Virus record (IMG/VR): IMGVR_UViG_3300037156_000189 | Coordinates: 1 to 64,000 of that record | Length of the DNA: 64,000 nucleotides | Direction: 5' to 3' (one strand) | Origin: a virus | Shown: piece by piece, positions 47,523-56,477 of the stretch | Layout: every line of letters starts with the position of its first letter | Numbering within the stretch: the first letter of the stretch is position 1 | The notes under the pieces: model-generated | What the model was told of the DNA's origin: nothing | The model's database searches: none | Seen by the model: only the letters and a program-made list of their open reading frames with translations | Made by a program: the position numbers and the translations under genes

Positions 47523-48228
47523 GCCCCAAGGATACTACAAAGATTTGACCGGACAGACGTTCGGCCTGTGGACAGTGCTCTCTTTTTGCGAATGCACCGC
47601 AAGAGGCACAGTCTGGTTATGCAAATGCGGGTGCGGAAAAGTACAGCGCGTCAGAAGCAGAAACATGCAGGATGGAATAAGTAAATCCTGCGGGTGCGCG
47701 GCTATTCGCAAGGGTAAAGGATGGATCAAGGGATATGTTGGATATATTCCATTGACTAAAGGTATGGTAGCCGCTGTCAGTGTGCATAGGGTTGCTGATT
47801 TGCAGCGATGGAATTGGTATGTGGTAAAGAAGAAAGGGCTGTATTACGCGTACCGAAACGGCGACCGAAGCAAAGGCGAGGGGAAAATATCAATGGCTCG
47901 GTACATTCTTGGAATGGACTATACTGATAAACGAGAAGGCGACCATCGGAATCGCTGCACGCTCGATAACAGGGATCGTAATCTTCGGCCAGCCACGCGC
48001 AATCAAAGCCAGACCAACAAAGGAGTGCGTCGGGATAGCTACACAGGATTCAAGGGCATACGCCGTTGTAAGGCAAAGGGATCTTTTGTAGGAAGATTTC
48101 AGGTGCGGCTAACGCACATGGGCGTATGTCTGCATTTAGGAACGTACGACACGATTGAAGAGGCGGTAAAGGCCCGCGATGAAGTAGCTTTGAAATTGCA
48201 CGGAGAGTTCGCTACGACTGGCGAGTAA
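47515..48228 (+). CDS. HNH-AP2 homing endonuclease with an N-terminal Cys motif
   Basis: DLTGQTFGLWTV, WLCKCGCG, SKSCGC; DHRNR.TLDNR..NLRPAT; TGFKGI; HLGTYDTIEEA. Confidence 0.9.
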   Translation: MTPPQGYYKDLTGQTFGLWTVLSFCECTARGTVWLCKCGCGKVQRVRSRNMQDGISKSCGCAAIRKGKGWIKGYVGYIPLTKGMVAAVSVHRVADLQRWNWYVVKKKGLYYAYRNGDRSKGEGKISMARYILGMDYTDKREGDHRNRCTLDNRDRNLRPATRNQSQTNKGVRRDSYTGFKGIRRCKAKGSFVGRFQVRLTHMGVCLHLGTYDTIEEAVKARDEVALKLHGEFATTGE

Positions 48229-48242
48229 GTAGGAGGTCTGTT

Positions 48243-50054
48243 TCGCCGCTCGATCTTCAGCACGTTGAAAAATTCTTCACCCGTCTGCACATAAGGGATA
48301 GGGACGACGGGAATTTTGTTCCTTTTACGCTTCGGCCTCAGCAACAAGAAGTATTTCAGATGGCCAAGGATCATCTCGCGCGGCGTCGTAGACTATTTAT
48401 TATTTTTCTGAAGGCACGGCGTTTAGGAATTTCTACGATTGCGACCGGGCTCGGTCAAGCCCATTGTATTGCACATCCTGGGTCGATGGCTCGTTGTATT
48501 GCGCAGAACGCCAAAGTGGCATCCGCTAATTTTGAGATGGCCAGTAGCTTTTTTAAAGACTGTAGAGAACTTTATCCAGGTGCGACTAAACCAACCAAGT
48601 CTCTTCTCACTTGGCCTCATTCTGACGGTCCTGATTCAACTTTCGAGCATCACACTGCAGCTACAGTTCACGGTCAGCGCGGGCTAACTTCGTCATTCCT
48701 TCACATGACCGAAGCAGCCTTCTATCCGTATGAAAATGTGTTCACTAGTTTGATGAACACTTTAAGTATGGACAAGAACAACATTTGCTTGGTGGAAACG
48801 ACCGCCAACGGCCAAGAAGGCCCCGGTGAAGCCTACTATCAGTATTGGGAAGGGGCTATGTCGGGGGAGAATGAGTTTCTTCCTATCTTCCTTCCTTGGT
48901 GGGACGACCCAGCTTACGTTCTCCCCGGCGAGTTAGCGATGGACGCTCCGAGGGACGAGTACGAAAAGTTCTTGATGAATGACATTAAGCATTGGAAGAC
49001 AGGAAAACGAGTCCGCCTCGGTAAAGATCGCATAGCATGGTTCCGTGAAACTTTGGCAACCAAGTGCGAAAACGTGATCGAGAAGTGGAGGGCCGAAATG
49101 CCTTCTACTCCAGAAGAAGCTTTTGTCGCTACTGGCAACCCCGCGTTCACCATTGAAGAGATTCAGTTCGCGGAGAATTCGTGCGTCAAAATTCCTCCGT
49201 TCCGGGGCCGCTGCGTTCTGTCTTCAGACCTCAAGCATGGTGAATTGCAAAAAGGTACGGATGGCCCCTTGGTGGTTTACGAGACTCCACAAAAAGGGGC
49301 TCATTATTTTGCGGGGGTCGATTCGGCAAGAGGTGAAGAAAACACGATGGCTCCTGGCGATTACGCGGCCATCGTAATGTGGAACGCGGAGACCGGAGAT
49401 ATGGCGGCCCGCTATATGTCTCGTGTTTCTCCGGAGGATCTTGCACCCGCAGCCGCCGCCCTTGGGTATTACTTCAACGGGGCCATGCTCAATGTTGAGT
49501 TGAATAACATTGGGTATGTGACCATGAAGGAACTCCGTGACCGGCTCTATTATCCTAACCAGTACATCTGGAAGGGCCGTGATGACCGAGTAGATCGCTC
49601 GAAGCAGGGAGTAGCTTACGGATTTGAGACTAGTGACCGTTACCGCAAGATGATGTTCTCTATGTTTCGCATGTCTTTGTACAAAAAAGAAGTCGTGCCG
49701 AAGGACCGGATATTCATTGACCAAATGAAGAAGGCGAAGATGGAGATGGCCTGGCGGTGGAACGTTGCGGTTGGGCACGATGATGTTTTAATGGCGGGCT
49801 TCCTCGGTTGGATAGCTCGTGAGCAAAACCACCCCACTGCGTGTCAGCATCGCGCTTCTAAAAACATCATGCTCACCAAAGAAGAACTCGAAACCGCAGG
49901 GTTCTCTCCCGCACGAGGTCAGATGCCTCAGTGGCTGAAATCGCCAGAGGTGACGGGCATGGGTACATTGATCACGACTGGCAACGATCATCTTCGCAAG
50001 TTAGAACTCTATGCAAAAAACAAGCAAAAACTAAAACGCTTGGAGTGGGTATGA
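48243..50054 (+). CDS. terL: Terminase large subunit
   Basis: LKARRLGIST (Walker A-like), LHMTEAAFY (Walker B), VETTANG, FLPWW, EMPSTPEEAF, AGVDSA, NVELNN.G, HDDVLMA; N-terminus extends about 39 codons upstream of the first ATG (48360). Confidence 0.9.
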   Translation, partial: SPLDLQHVEKFFTRLHIRDRDDGNFVPFTLRPQQQEVFQMAKDHLARRRRLFIIFLKARRLGISTIATGLGQAHCIAHPGSMARCIAQNAKVASANFEMASSFFKDCRELYPGATKPTKSLLTWPHSDGPDSTFEHHTAATVHGQRGLTSSFLHMTEAAFYPYENVFTSLMNTLSMDKNNICLVETTANGQEGPGEAYYQYWEGAMSGENEFLPIFLPWWDDPAYVLPGELAMDAPRDEYEKFLMNDIKHWKTGKRVRLGKDRIAWFRETLATKCENVIEKWRAEMPSTPEEAFVATGNPAFTIEEIQFAENSCVKIPPFRGRCVLSSDLKHGELQKGTDGPLVVYETPQKGAHYFAGVDSARGEENTMAPGDYAAIVMWNAETGDMAARYMSRVSPEDLAPAAAALGYYFNGAMLNVELNNIGYVTMKELRDRLYYPNQYIWKGRDDRVDRSKQGVAYGFETSDRYRKMMFSMFRMSLYKKEVVPKDRIFIDQMKKAKMEMAWRWNVAVGHDDVLMAGFLGWIAREQNHPTACQHRASKNIMLTKEELETAGFSPARGQMPQWLKSPEVTGMGTLITTGNDHLRKLELYAKNKQKLKRLEWV

Positions 50055-51016
50055 CCAATGATCACTCAGCACCAGAACGTACTCACACTGACCTTCCTGA
50101 CGGAAGCTTCAGCGACGACCTTCGCAGCTTTCTTGGGCAGCCTGCTGACGAGCCAAAACCCGCCACCCGCACCCGAAATCTCCGAACCTCCTTCCGAGCC
50201 GTCCCAGCAGCGTTCGCACCACGTCCTGTTGACGGACGACCGGCTGGAGCAACTCTCGAACCAGCGCGCCCAGGGCCTGACCGCGCACCAGCGGCTCCTG
50301 CGCGCGCAAAGTTCTTTAAGGGATGGCGTGCTCCCGTTCAGCAAGCCGGGGCAGGCGCCTCAACCGACAAACCAGTCCAGCCCGCGGATGCGAGCCCAGC
50401 AGGAGGGCGGGTTCGCGGATGGGGGCGCGGTCGCAGTGCGACCAACAGCGCCGCAGTTACGGAGCCCGGACCCGCAGCCGCAGGCCGACCTCGTGGCCGT
50501 CCACCAGGAAGCGGGAAGAAGGCCAAGCAAGCTGCGGCCAGTGACGCCAAGCCAGATCTCCCCAAAGACATAGCGAAGCTGGTTGGCAAGGTAGAACCGT
50601 CCGCGCCTCGTGCGATCATTCCCACTGAGTCCGAGCGGTCGAGCGCCACCCGTCTCTTCCGCCAGATCGGCGAGACTTTCAACACCAACCGGAAGAAGTC
50701 AAAGACTGCAGCTTATGCCGCCTTCCGTCACGACCTGATGGCGAATCTCGACACCCTGATCATGGGTGGCGCGATCGATCTCAAGGAAGCGACAACCATC
50801 ATCACCAACTTGGAGCAGTACACCAAGGAGACTGAGGCCGAGTCGACAGAGACGCCGGCGACGATCCTGGGCCGCTGGCTCAGGATGGACGCTGCGGAAG
50901 TGGCTGGGTTGTCGGTGGGCGAGCCCGGCGAGTTGGTTGCGAACGAACCGGATGAAGAGGACGAAGAGGAAGTGTCGGCTGAAGCGGATCCGGACGGAGA
51001 ACTAGAGAGCGCTTAG
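50051..51016 (+). CDS. Hypothetical protein with an AT-hook (GRPRGRPPGS) and a helical, acidic C-terminus
   Basis: ATGA-coupled to terL; overlaps an alternative-frame ORF at 50058-50573. Confidence 0.55.
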   Translation: MTNDHSAPERTHTDLPDGSFSDDLRSFLGQPADEPKPATRTRNLRTSFRAVPAAFAPRPVDGRPAGATLEPARPGPDRAPAAPARAKFFKGWRAPVQQAGAGASTDKPVQPADASPAGGRVRGWGRGRSATNSAAVTEPGPAAAGRPRGRPPGSGKKAKQAAASDAKPDLPKDIAKLVGKVEPSAPRAIIPTESERSSATRLFRQIGETFNTNRKKSKTAAYAAFRHDLMANLDTLIMGGAIDLKEATTIITNLEQYTKETEAESTETPATILGRWLRMDAAEVAGLSVGEPGELVANEPDEEDEEEVSAEADPDGELESA

Positions 51017-51093
51017 TGTTGTGGCCCGAATTTCCCAAACCATCTTTTTTTCGACTATCCTTCCCGGTAGTAACGTTTTGAGGAGGAACTCCT

Positions 51094-51294
51094 TTGTCTA
51101 CCGCCCGTGCGAAATACCAGACGACCGCTCCTGCCGAGTTCTCCTCCGATCTTCCTCGGAACCCGCGCCGGGAATTCAACTCCCCTTCGGCCCGGCCTTC
51201 CGGCCGCTCCGGCGGTGGCCCCGCCGTTTCCACCCCCCACCGCGTTTCATCCTCGATTCGTAAGGGGAAGAAAGCGAGCCGCCGCCGTGGATGA
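51094..51294 (+). CDS. Small basic protein
   Basis: SD GAGGAGG, TTG start, C-terminus RKGKKASRRRG. Confidence 0.55.
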   Translation: MSTARAKYQTTAPAEFSSDLPRNPRREFNSPSARPSGRSGGGPAVSTPHRVSSSIRKGKKASRRRG

Positions 51295-51637
51295 CGACCA
51301 GGCCCCTCCGGAAGTCACCATTGAGCCAGCCGACAATGGTCATGTCGTCCGTTGGCATCAGCGCTCGACCAAGAAGGATCAGTCTGGCCGCACAGTTCGC
51401 CGCGTGGCTTCGACTGTTGACGAAGCCCTGGGCCACGCTAAGGCCGCGCTCAGCGGTGGGCCAACCAAGTCGTCCAAAAAGAAATCATCCAGGGATGGGC
51501 AATCTGGCGCCGGGCTTGGCTCGGATGCTGAGGGGGAGTCAGGTTCGGCCTCCTCCCCCGCTGCCCATTCTTTTGGAGGCAAGTCGCGTAACAGTGCGCG
51601 TCGTCGCCGTCCCAGAGTCGGAAGCCGGCGGGCATAG
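51287..51637 (+). CDS. Small protein with a basic C-terminal tail
   Basis: VTIEPADNGHVV; ARRRRPRVGSRRA. Confidence 0.55.
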   Translation: MDDDQAPPEVTIEPADNGHVVRWHQRSTKKDQSGRTVRRVASTVDEALGHAKAALSGGPTKSSKKKSSRDGQSGAGLGSDAEGESGSASSPAAHSFGGKSRNSARRRRPRVGSRRA

Positions 51638-51674
51638 CATCGGCTCAAACCAGTTTCCCTACAGGAGGATCATC

Positions 51675-52247
51675 ATGGAAAAATTCGTAGCAGTAACCAA
51701 ATCTTCGCCGCAGGATATCGCCGCTGTTCAGTTCAAAGGCAAGCCCGACAACGCTACGGATGGCACATTCGCAGGCTTTCCTACTCGCGAAGATCCTTCT
51801 CGCAATCCGGTCGAGGTTGCTGTACTCGTTCCTACAGCGCACGGCGGAACACCGGCTTTCCCTGGCGATTGGATTGTGAGCGACGCCGATGGCAAGTTGT
51901 CGGTCGTCTCCGATTCGCATTTTGGCACGCACTACAAATCATCGGCGCCGTCTAAGCCTTTTGTCCCGGCTCCGCAGCTCACGTCGGAGCAGCTTGCGGC
52001 CCGGCAGGCCGGGGCTTCGCCCGTTCCTCCGCTTGTCCCGGCTGTCCCCACGCTCACGCCGCAGCAGCTCGCTGCGCAGCAGGCCGCCGGCGTCGTGTCT
52101 GCCCCAGCGCTTACGCCACAGCAGATTGCTGCGCAGCATGCTGTGCCGCCGGTTCCACAGGTCCCATCGGTTCCGCCAGCTCCGCAGTTAACGCCGCAGC
52201 AGCTTGCCGCACAAAAGGCTGAAGCGGCCAAAAACGTGATGAAATAA
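51675..52247 (+). CDS. Phage protein (PGDWIV...GKLSVV domain) with LTPQQLAAQ repeats
   Basis: SD AGGAGG; four repeats. Confidence 0.65.
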   Translation: MEKFVAVTKSSPQDIAAVQFKGKPDNATDGTFAGFPTREDPSRNPVEVAVLVPTAHGGTPAFPGDWIVSDADGKLSVVSDSHFGTHYKSSAPSKPFVPAPQLTSEQLAARQAGASPVPPLVPAVPTLTPQQLAAQQAAGVVSAPALTPQQIAAQHAVPPVPQVPSVPPAPQLTPQQLAAQKAEAAKNVMK

Positions 52248-52270
52248 CGATTGCAAGTAGGAGGCAGTAG

Positions 52271-52417
52271 ATGGAGAAGAGTCAAAGTTGTGGCGTTCCA
52301 GAGAGTCAGGAATCGCCTGCTTTTGAGGCGAAAAATCACTCTACTGCTTTCCTGCGCAAGGCCGTCCGCGCATCCGAGAAGAAGCCGGGCAGGCGTGCGG
52401 CGAAGAAACGGGGCTGA
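52271..52417 (+). CDS. Small protein with a basic tail (…KKPGRRAAKKRG)
   Basis: SD AGGAGG, 48 aa, not in the ORF track. Confidence 0.55.
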   Translation: MEKSQSCGVPESQESPAFEAKNHSTAFLRKAVRASEKKPGRRAAKKRG

Positions 52418-52419
52418 TC

Positions 52420-52629
52420 ATGCCTTGGGCGCCGAAAGAATCTTCCCGGTTTACGAAGAAGGCCAAGTCGCCGAAGCGCAAGCGCCAGTGGGCTCATGTC
52501 GCGGACTCCATGTTTGAGCGAACCGGTGATGAGGGAGCCGCGATCCGTGCGGCCAATGGCGTGGTTCGCAAGTCTCGGTCCAAATCCTCTGCCCATCATC
52601 GTGCCCCCAGAAGGAGTTATCGCTCGTGA
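52420..52629 (+). CDS. ChaB-like small basic head-region protein
   Basis: MPW...KKAKSPKRKRQWAHVA...AIRAANGVV. Confidence 0.6.
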   Translation: MPWAPKESSRFTKKAKSPKRKRQWAHVADSMFERTGDEGAAIRAANGVVRKSRSKSSAHHRAPRRSYRS

Positions 52630-55058
52630 AGGTTCATCTGTTGACTCGTGTCTTTCTTCTCTCCGTAATTCTCTTCCTGCCTTCCGTCGCTCTCGCCTCT
52701 CCTCCCTCTGGTGGATACTGCATGAATCCCTCTGGCGCGTGGATACCTATCGCCACGCCGTCCGGTATCGCCTTCCCCGGCGCCCCTCCCTCGACAGGTC
52801 TCTACGGCAGTTCCGACGGTGGCGCGACTTGGTTCCCTCTTCAGTGCGATGCCAGCGGGAATCTGGCCGCGCTTCCCGCAGGTTGGACGGTAACAGGCAC
52901 AGGATCATCGCAGGTAGTTACAGCGCCGGGAAGCCTCAAGATACCCTACTATCTGGCGGTCGGTACGCCATTCAATCTGACCAATTACCCAGGCACGGGT
53001 TTTTCGGTAAGTGAAGCGGCAGCCAGCGGAGGTTACGAACAGGCGATTATGCAAGACCAAACCCCCAGCGGGCAAGGGTGCTGGATCGCGCAGTCGGACG
53101 ACGGCACGAATGCAACACATTACGCCGAGTTCTGCATGAACAACAGCGTTGCTCCCAACCCGGCGAACGTGTATTTCACCAATCCGCATGCTGCGACGGT
53201 ATACAACGCAGACGGAGAATTCGATATCGCGGCGGGCTTGGTAACAGGGGGAACACCTGCCGGGGCGATAAATTTCTACGTCGATAACACGTCGCCGCAA
53301 GGGACGGGGCCGGTTGCGAAGATCACGTCCTCCGGAATTGCGGCCGTGAACCAGCGCGACGTGAGCAACCCGCTGCTGCAAACCTACAACGCCGCCTTGC
53401 ACAATGCCGCCAACGCACCAGTTTCCATCGTGTTTATGATGGACAGCTACGCCAACTGCGGGGGACTCACGCTTTACGTGAACTGCGACATCACCCAGGT
53501 GCAGCGGTACCTGCAGACGAAGTTTGGATCGCACGGAACTGGATTGATTACTCCGGTTGCCGCTGGCGGAATTATTGGAGCGCTGACAGTTTGGACAACT
53601 AATCCTGCTATGGGACCGACACAGACCGGGTACGGAACCAACTTCAACACCCTCTACGACGGGACAGTTGCTTCAAATTCGATGTGCACGACCACAGCGC
53701 AGTACACCGACCATTGGAACATCTACTACGCGACGTTCACAGACACGGCATCGGGTTTCGGTGTGACGGTGGATGGCGGCGGCGCAACGACCTATGGGGC
53801 GACGACCAGCGGCAGTTACACGGCGGCGGTGCAGAACATCTCCGTGGCGGCAGGCTACCACAACATCTGCGTGGTCCCGCCCGCCTCTGGGAAGGTCCAC
53901 ATATATGCGTTGCAGGGCATCGTGGGCACGACGGGCGTCGAAGTAAGCATCCTCGGCAACGGCGGCGCGGTCTCGGCATCCCTTGCAACCGCTCCAGCCG
54001 CGCAGATGGCGTTCCTGAGCGTGATGACTCCAGTCCCTCAGTTGTTCATCGTTACGGACAACGTCAATGAAGCTGGCAACTCGGTTCCGGTGGCGACCTA
54101 CACGGCGAATATGGGCACGATCCTGACGCAGTTGGCAACGCTCTCAACGCCGGGGCCGTCTGTGCTGATGTTGGATGAGGCGAATGCTTCGACCGGGGAA
54201 AGCGGCAGCGTGAAACAATCGGCTCTGCGGGTGGCGGAAGAGTCTATCGCGCAGTTGAACAACCTGGCCTTTGTATCGATGGCGCAGCGGTGGGGAACCT
54301 ACGCGAATGCGAGCTCACTCGCCTTGATGAACGGAGACGGTATTCACCCCTCAGACAAGGGGCATCTGGACACAGCCGCGATGATTCTGGAGCGTATCGA
54401 CGAGAACGCGAACAACTATCAGTACCGCGATGGAGCATCGAATCTGTTCATAGGGAGCATTCCGAATTTCATCAATAACTACATGAACACAGGGCTTGGG
54501 CTGGGGGGCTCTGGTGGGACTGGAAACAGCACGAACTACCAGAACACATGGGCTGGGTATCAGTCCTGCTCTGCGATCACTACCGGCCACAACAATGTGT
54601 GTATCGGAAGGTTCGCGGGTGGCAACAACCTGAGCAGCGGCAGCAGCAACGTGGCAATCGGCGATGGGTCGGGATTGAAAACCGCAGGCGACGGTAATGA
54701 GGATGTGATCGGCTCGGGTGCAGTTGGAAACGGCTCCAACACCGCAACCATCGGCAACTCTTCCCTCATTGGAACGTGGCTCAAGGGCACGATGCACTTT
54801 ACCGGGACCGCCCCAACTGCTAGTGCGGGTAGCGTCACAGGCTCAAACGCTGGCGGGACGATTGCCAGTCTGACCGCTGCCACTACAACCACGTTGACAT
54901 TCAACACCGCATCGCCGTGGACGGTCTGGAGTTCATGTACAGCCTCCGCCAGTGCCGCGGCTACCCCGGTGCAGGTGAGCGCGATCAGCTTGACGGCGGT
55001 GACGTTTACGTTTGCGGCGCTGACGGGTAGCGTCTACTATCAGTGCAATGGGAACTGA
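52626..55058 (+). CDS. Signal-peptide protein with an SGNH hydrolase domain and a fibre-like C-terminus
   Basis: N-terminus MKVHLLTRVFLLSVILFLPSVALA; MMDSY, GNGG, NVNE, DGIHPSDKGH. Confidence 0.75.
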   Translation: MKVHLLTRVFLLSVILFLPSVALASPPSGGYCMNPSGAWIPIATPSGIAFPGAPPSTGLYGSSDGGATWFPLQCDASGNLAALPAGWTVTGTGSSQVVTAPGSLKIPYYLAVGTPFNLTNYPGTGFSVSEAAASGGYEQAIMQDQTPSGQGCWIAQSDDGTNATHYAEFCMNNSVAPNPANVYFTNPHAATVYNADGEFDIAAGLVTGGTPAGAINFYVDNTSPQGTGPVAKITSSGIAAVNQRDVSNPLLQTYNAALHNAANAPVSIVFMMDSYANCGGLTLYVNCDITQVQRYLQTKFGSHGTGLITPVAAGGIIGALTVWTTNPAMGPTQTGYGTNFNTLYDGTVASNSMCTTTAQYTDHWNIYYATFTDTASGFGVTVDGGGATTYGATTSGSYTAAVQNISVAAGYHNICVVPPASGKVHIYALQGIVGTTGVEVSILGNGGAVSASLATAPAAQMAFLSVMTPVPQLFIVTDNVNEAGNSVPVATYTANMGTILTQLATLSTPGPSVLMLDEANASTGESGSVKQSALRVAEESIAQLNNLAFVSMAQRWGTYANASSLALMNGDGIHPSDKGHLDTAAMILERIDENANNYQYRDGASNLFIGSIPNFINNYMNTGLGLGGSGGTGNSTNYQNTWAGYQSCSAITTGHNNVCIGRFAGGNNLSSGSSNVAIGDGSGLKTAGDGNEDVIGSGAVGNGSNTATIGNSSLIGTWLKGTMHFTGTAPTASAGSVTGSNAGGTIASLTAATTTTLTFNTASPWTVWSSCTASASAAATPVQVSAISLTAVTFTFAALTGSVYYQCNGN

Positions 55059-55208
55059 GCTGATGACACTGTGGCGCAAGGGACGCGATCGATGTCTTGC
55101 TGGTGCAGCAGGCTGAAGCGGTGCTATTGTGGGAAGAGGAAAGCCAATGCCAGTTCCGAATAGAGTCGAGGGACGTAGCGGGTCACAAGCTCTTCAAGGA
55201 GCCGTTCA

Positions 55209-56477
55209 ATGAAAATCAAAGCGTTACTGGTACTGGCCTGTCTCGGCTTTCCGTTCACAATCTGTGCTCAGGCTCCTGTCCTCGTGACCGCGACAATTGT
55301 GGGCACTAACTCAGCGCCGTACATTTCCGGCACCTATCAAATCCAGCTTGTGGACGCAAATGGAAACCTAATTCCGAGTACCGGTCTGCCGACCTCATAC
55401 AACGGAGGTCTGACTTCCGTCGGCGCGTTATCGGTGACAATCAATCCGAATTCCGCTTTCGTCTCTGGCTCGCAGTGGAAGTTCACTATCTGCTCACAGA
55501 CTCCGAATCTGAATTTGCCGGTCACGGTGCAAGCGCAGAAATGCTTCAGCCAGGCGGTAACAATCGCGGGAGCAGGAGACGTCTCTGCAGCGCTTTCGGA
55601 GTTCGCTCCCGCGATTTACTATTTCAACCCTGTGACAGGGACATTGTATTCGACCAATAGCGGAGTAAGTCTTCTCCCTACAGCAAATACGTGGACCCTC
55701 CAGCAGACATTTAACCAAGGCATTCTGTTGAGCAACAATGCTCCAATTCAGGCGAACAATTCCAGCGGCATCCCTGGAACCCTTGCTTACGTTGACGTGA
55801 GCAACAACTACTACTTTGGGGATATTGGAAGCAATCTGGTGGGGACCGGGTATTGGTATCATGCAGGGTCGCCATCTCTCACATTCACCGCCGGAGCCGT
55901 AACGTTCAACCGTCCTCCCGTATTTGCATCGTTTATCTTGAACGGATCGCAGAGCGTCACCGGGGTTCAGGGTAGTTCGTCTACGAATTTGATGTTGGCA
56001 AATAGTGGGACATTCACTCCTGGGGACTGTTTGAAGGTGGCTACAGACGGAAGCGCACAGGATTTCGGGGCTGCGTGCGGTAGTGGCAGTGGAGGTGTGG
56101 TAACAGCTCTCACGACAACAGGGAGTAGCGGCGCGGCAACCTTGGGGGGAGGTATCCTCAACATTCCTGTCTACACAGGCGGTGGAGTCGCCGACATAAA
56201 CCTTACGGTTTCGGCTTTGACTATCGCGGGCAATGGATCATATCCCCAATATCCGGCGGCCGCCTCGACTGTATCCTTTCCAGGGCTAACAACCGCCATG
56301 GTTCCACTTTGCGGATTTTCAGGCGATCCGGTCATTACTAACGGTTGGGGCCAAGTGGGCGGCGCCATAATCAGGGCTTGGGCATCGGCACCCGACAATA
56401 TGTCTTACCGCATCATCAACCAGACAAATGTATCACTCACGACCAACACCACAGGTCTACGATGCAGCGCCCAATGA
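55209..56477 (+). CDS. Signal-peptide, fibre-like beta-rich protein
   Basis: MKIKALLVLACLGFPFTICA; ANTWTLQQTF, LTTTGSSGAATL..GILNIPVY. Confidence 0.7.
   Translation: MKIKALLVLACLGFPFTICAQAPVLVTATIVGTNSAPYISGTYQIQLVDANGNLIPSTGLPTSYNGGLTSVGALSVTINPNSAFVSGSQWKFTICSQTPNLNLPVTVQAQKCFSQAVTIAGAGDVSAALSEFAPAIYYFNPVTGTLYSTNSGVSLLPTANTWTLQQTFNQGILLSNNAPIQANNSSGIPGTLAYVDVSNNYYFGDIGSNLVGTGYWYHAGSPSLTFTAGAVTFNRPPVFASFILNGSQSVTGVQGSSSTNLMLANSGTFTPGDCLKVATDGSAQDFGAACGSGSGGVVTALTTTGSSGAATLGGGILNIPVYTGGGVADINLTVSALTIAGNGSYPQYPAAASTVSFPGLTTAMVPLCGFSGDPVITNGWGQVGGAIIRAWASAPDNMSYRIINQTNVSLTTNTTGLRCSAQ

Noticed and set aside
47427-48360. Group I intron splitting terL around the HNH gene
   Set aside because: The upstream gene has its own stop, terL has its own SD, and too little non-coding sequence flanks the HNH for a catalytic core; the HNH looks free-standing
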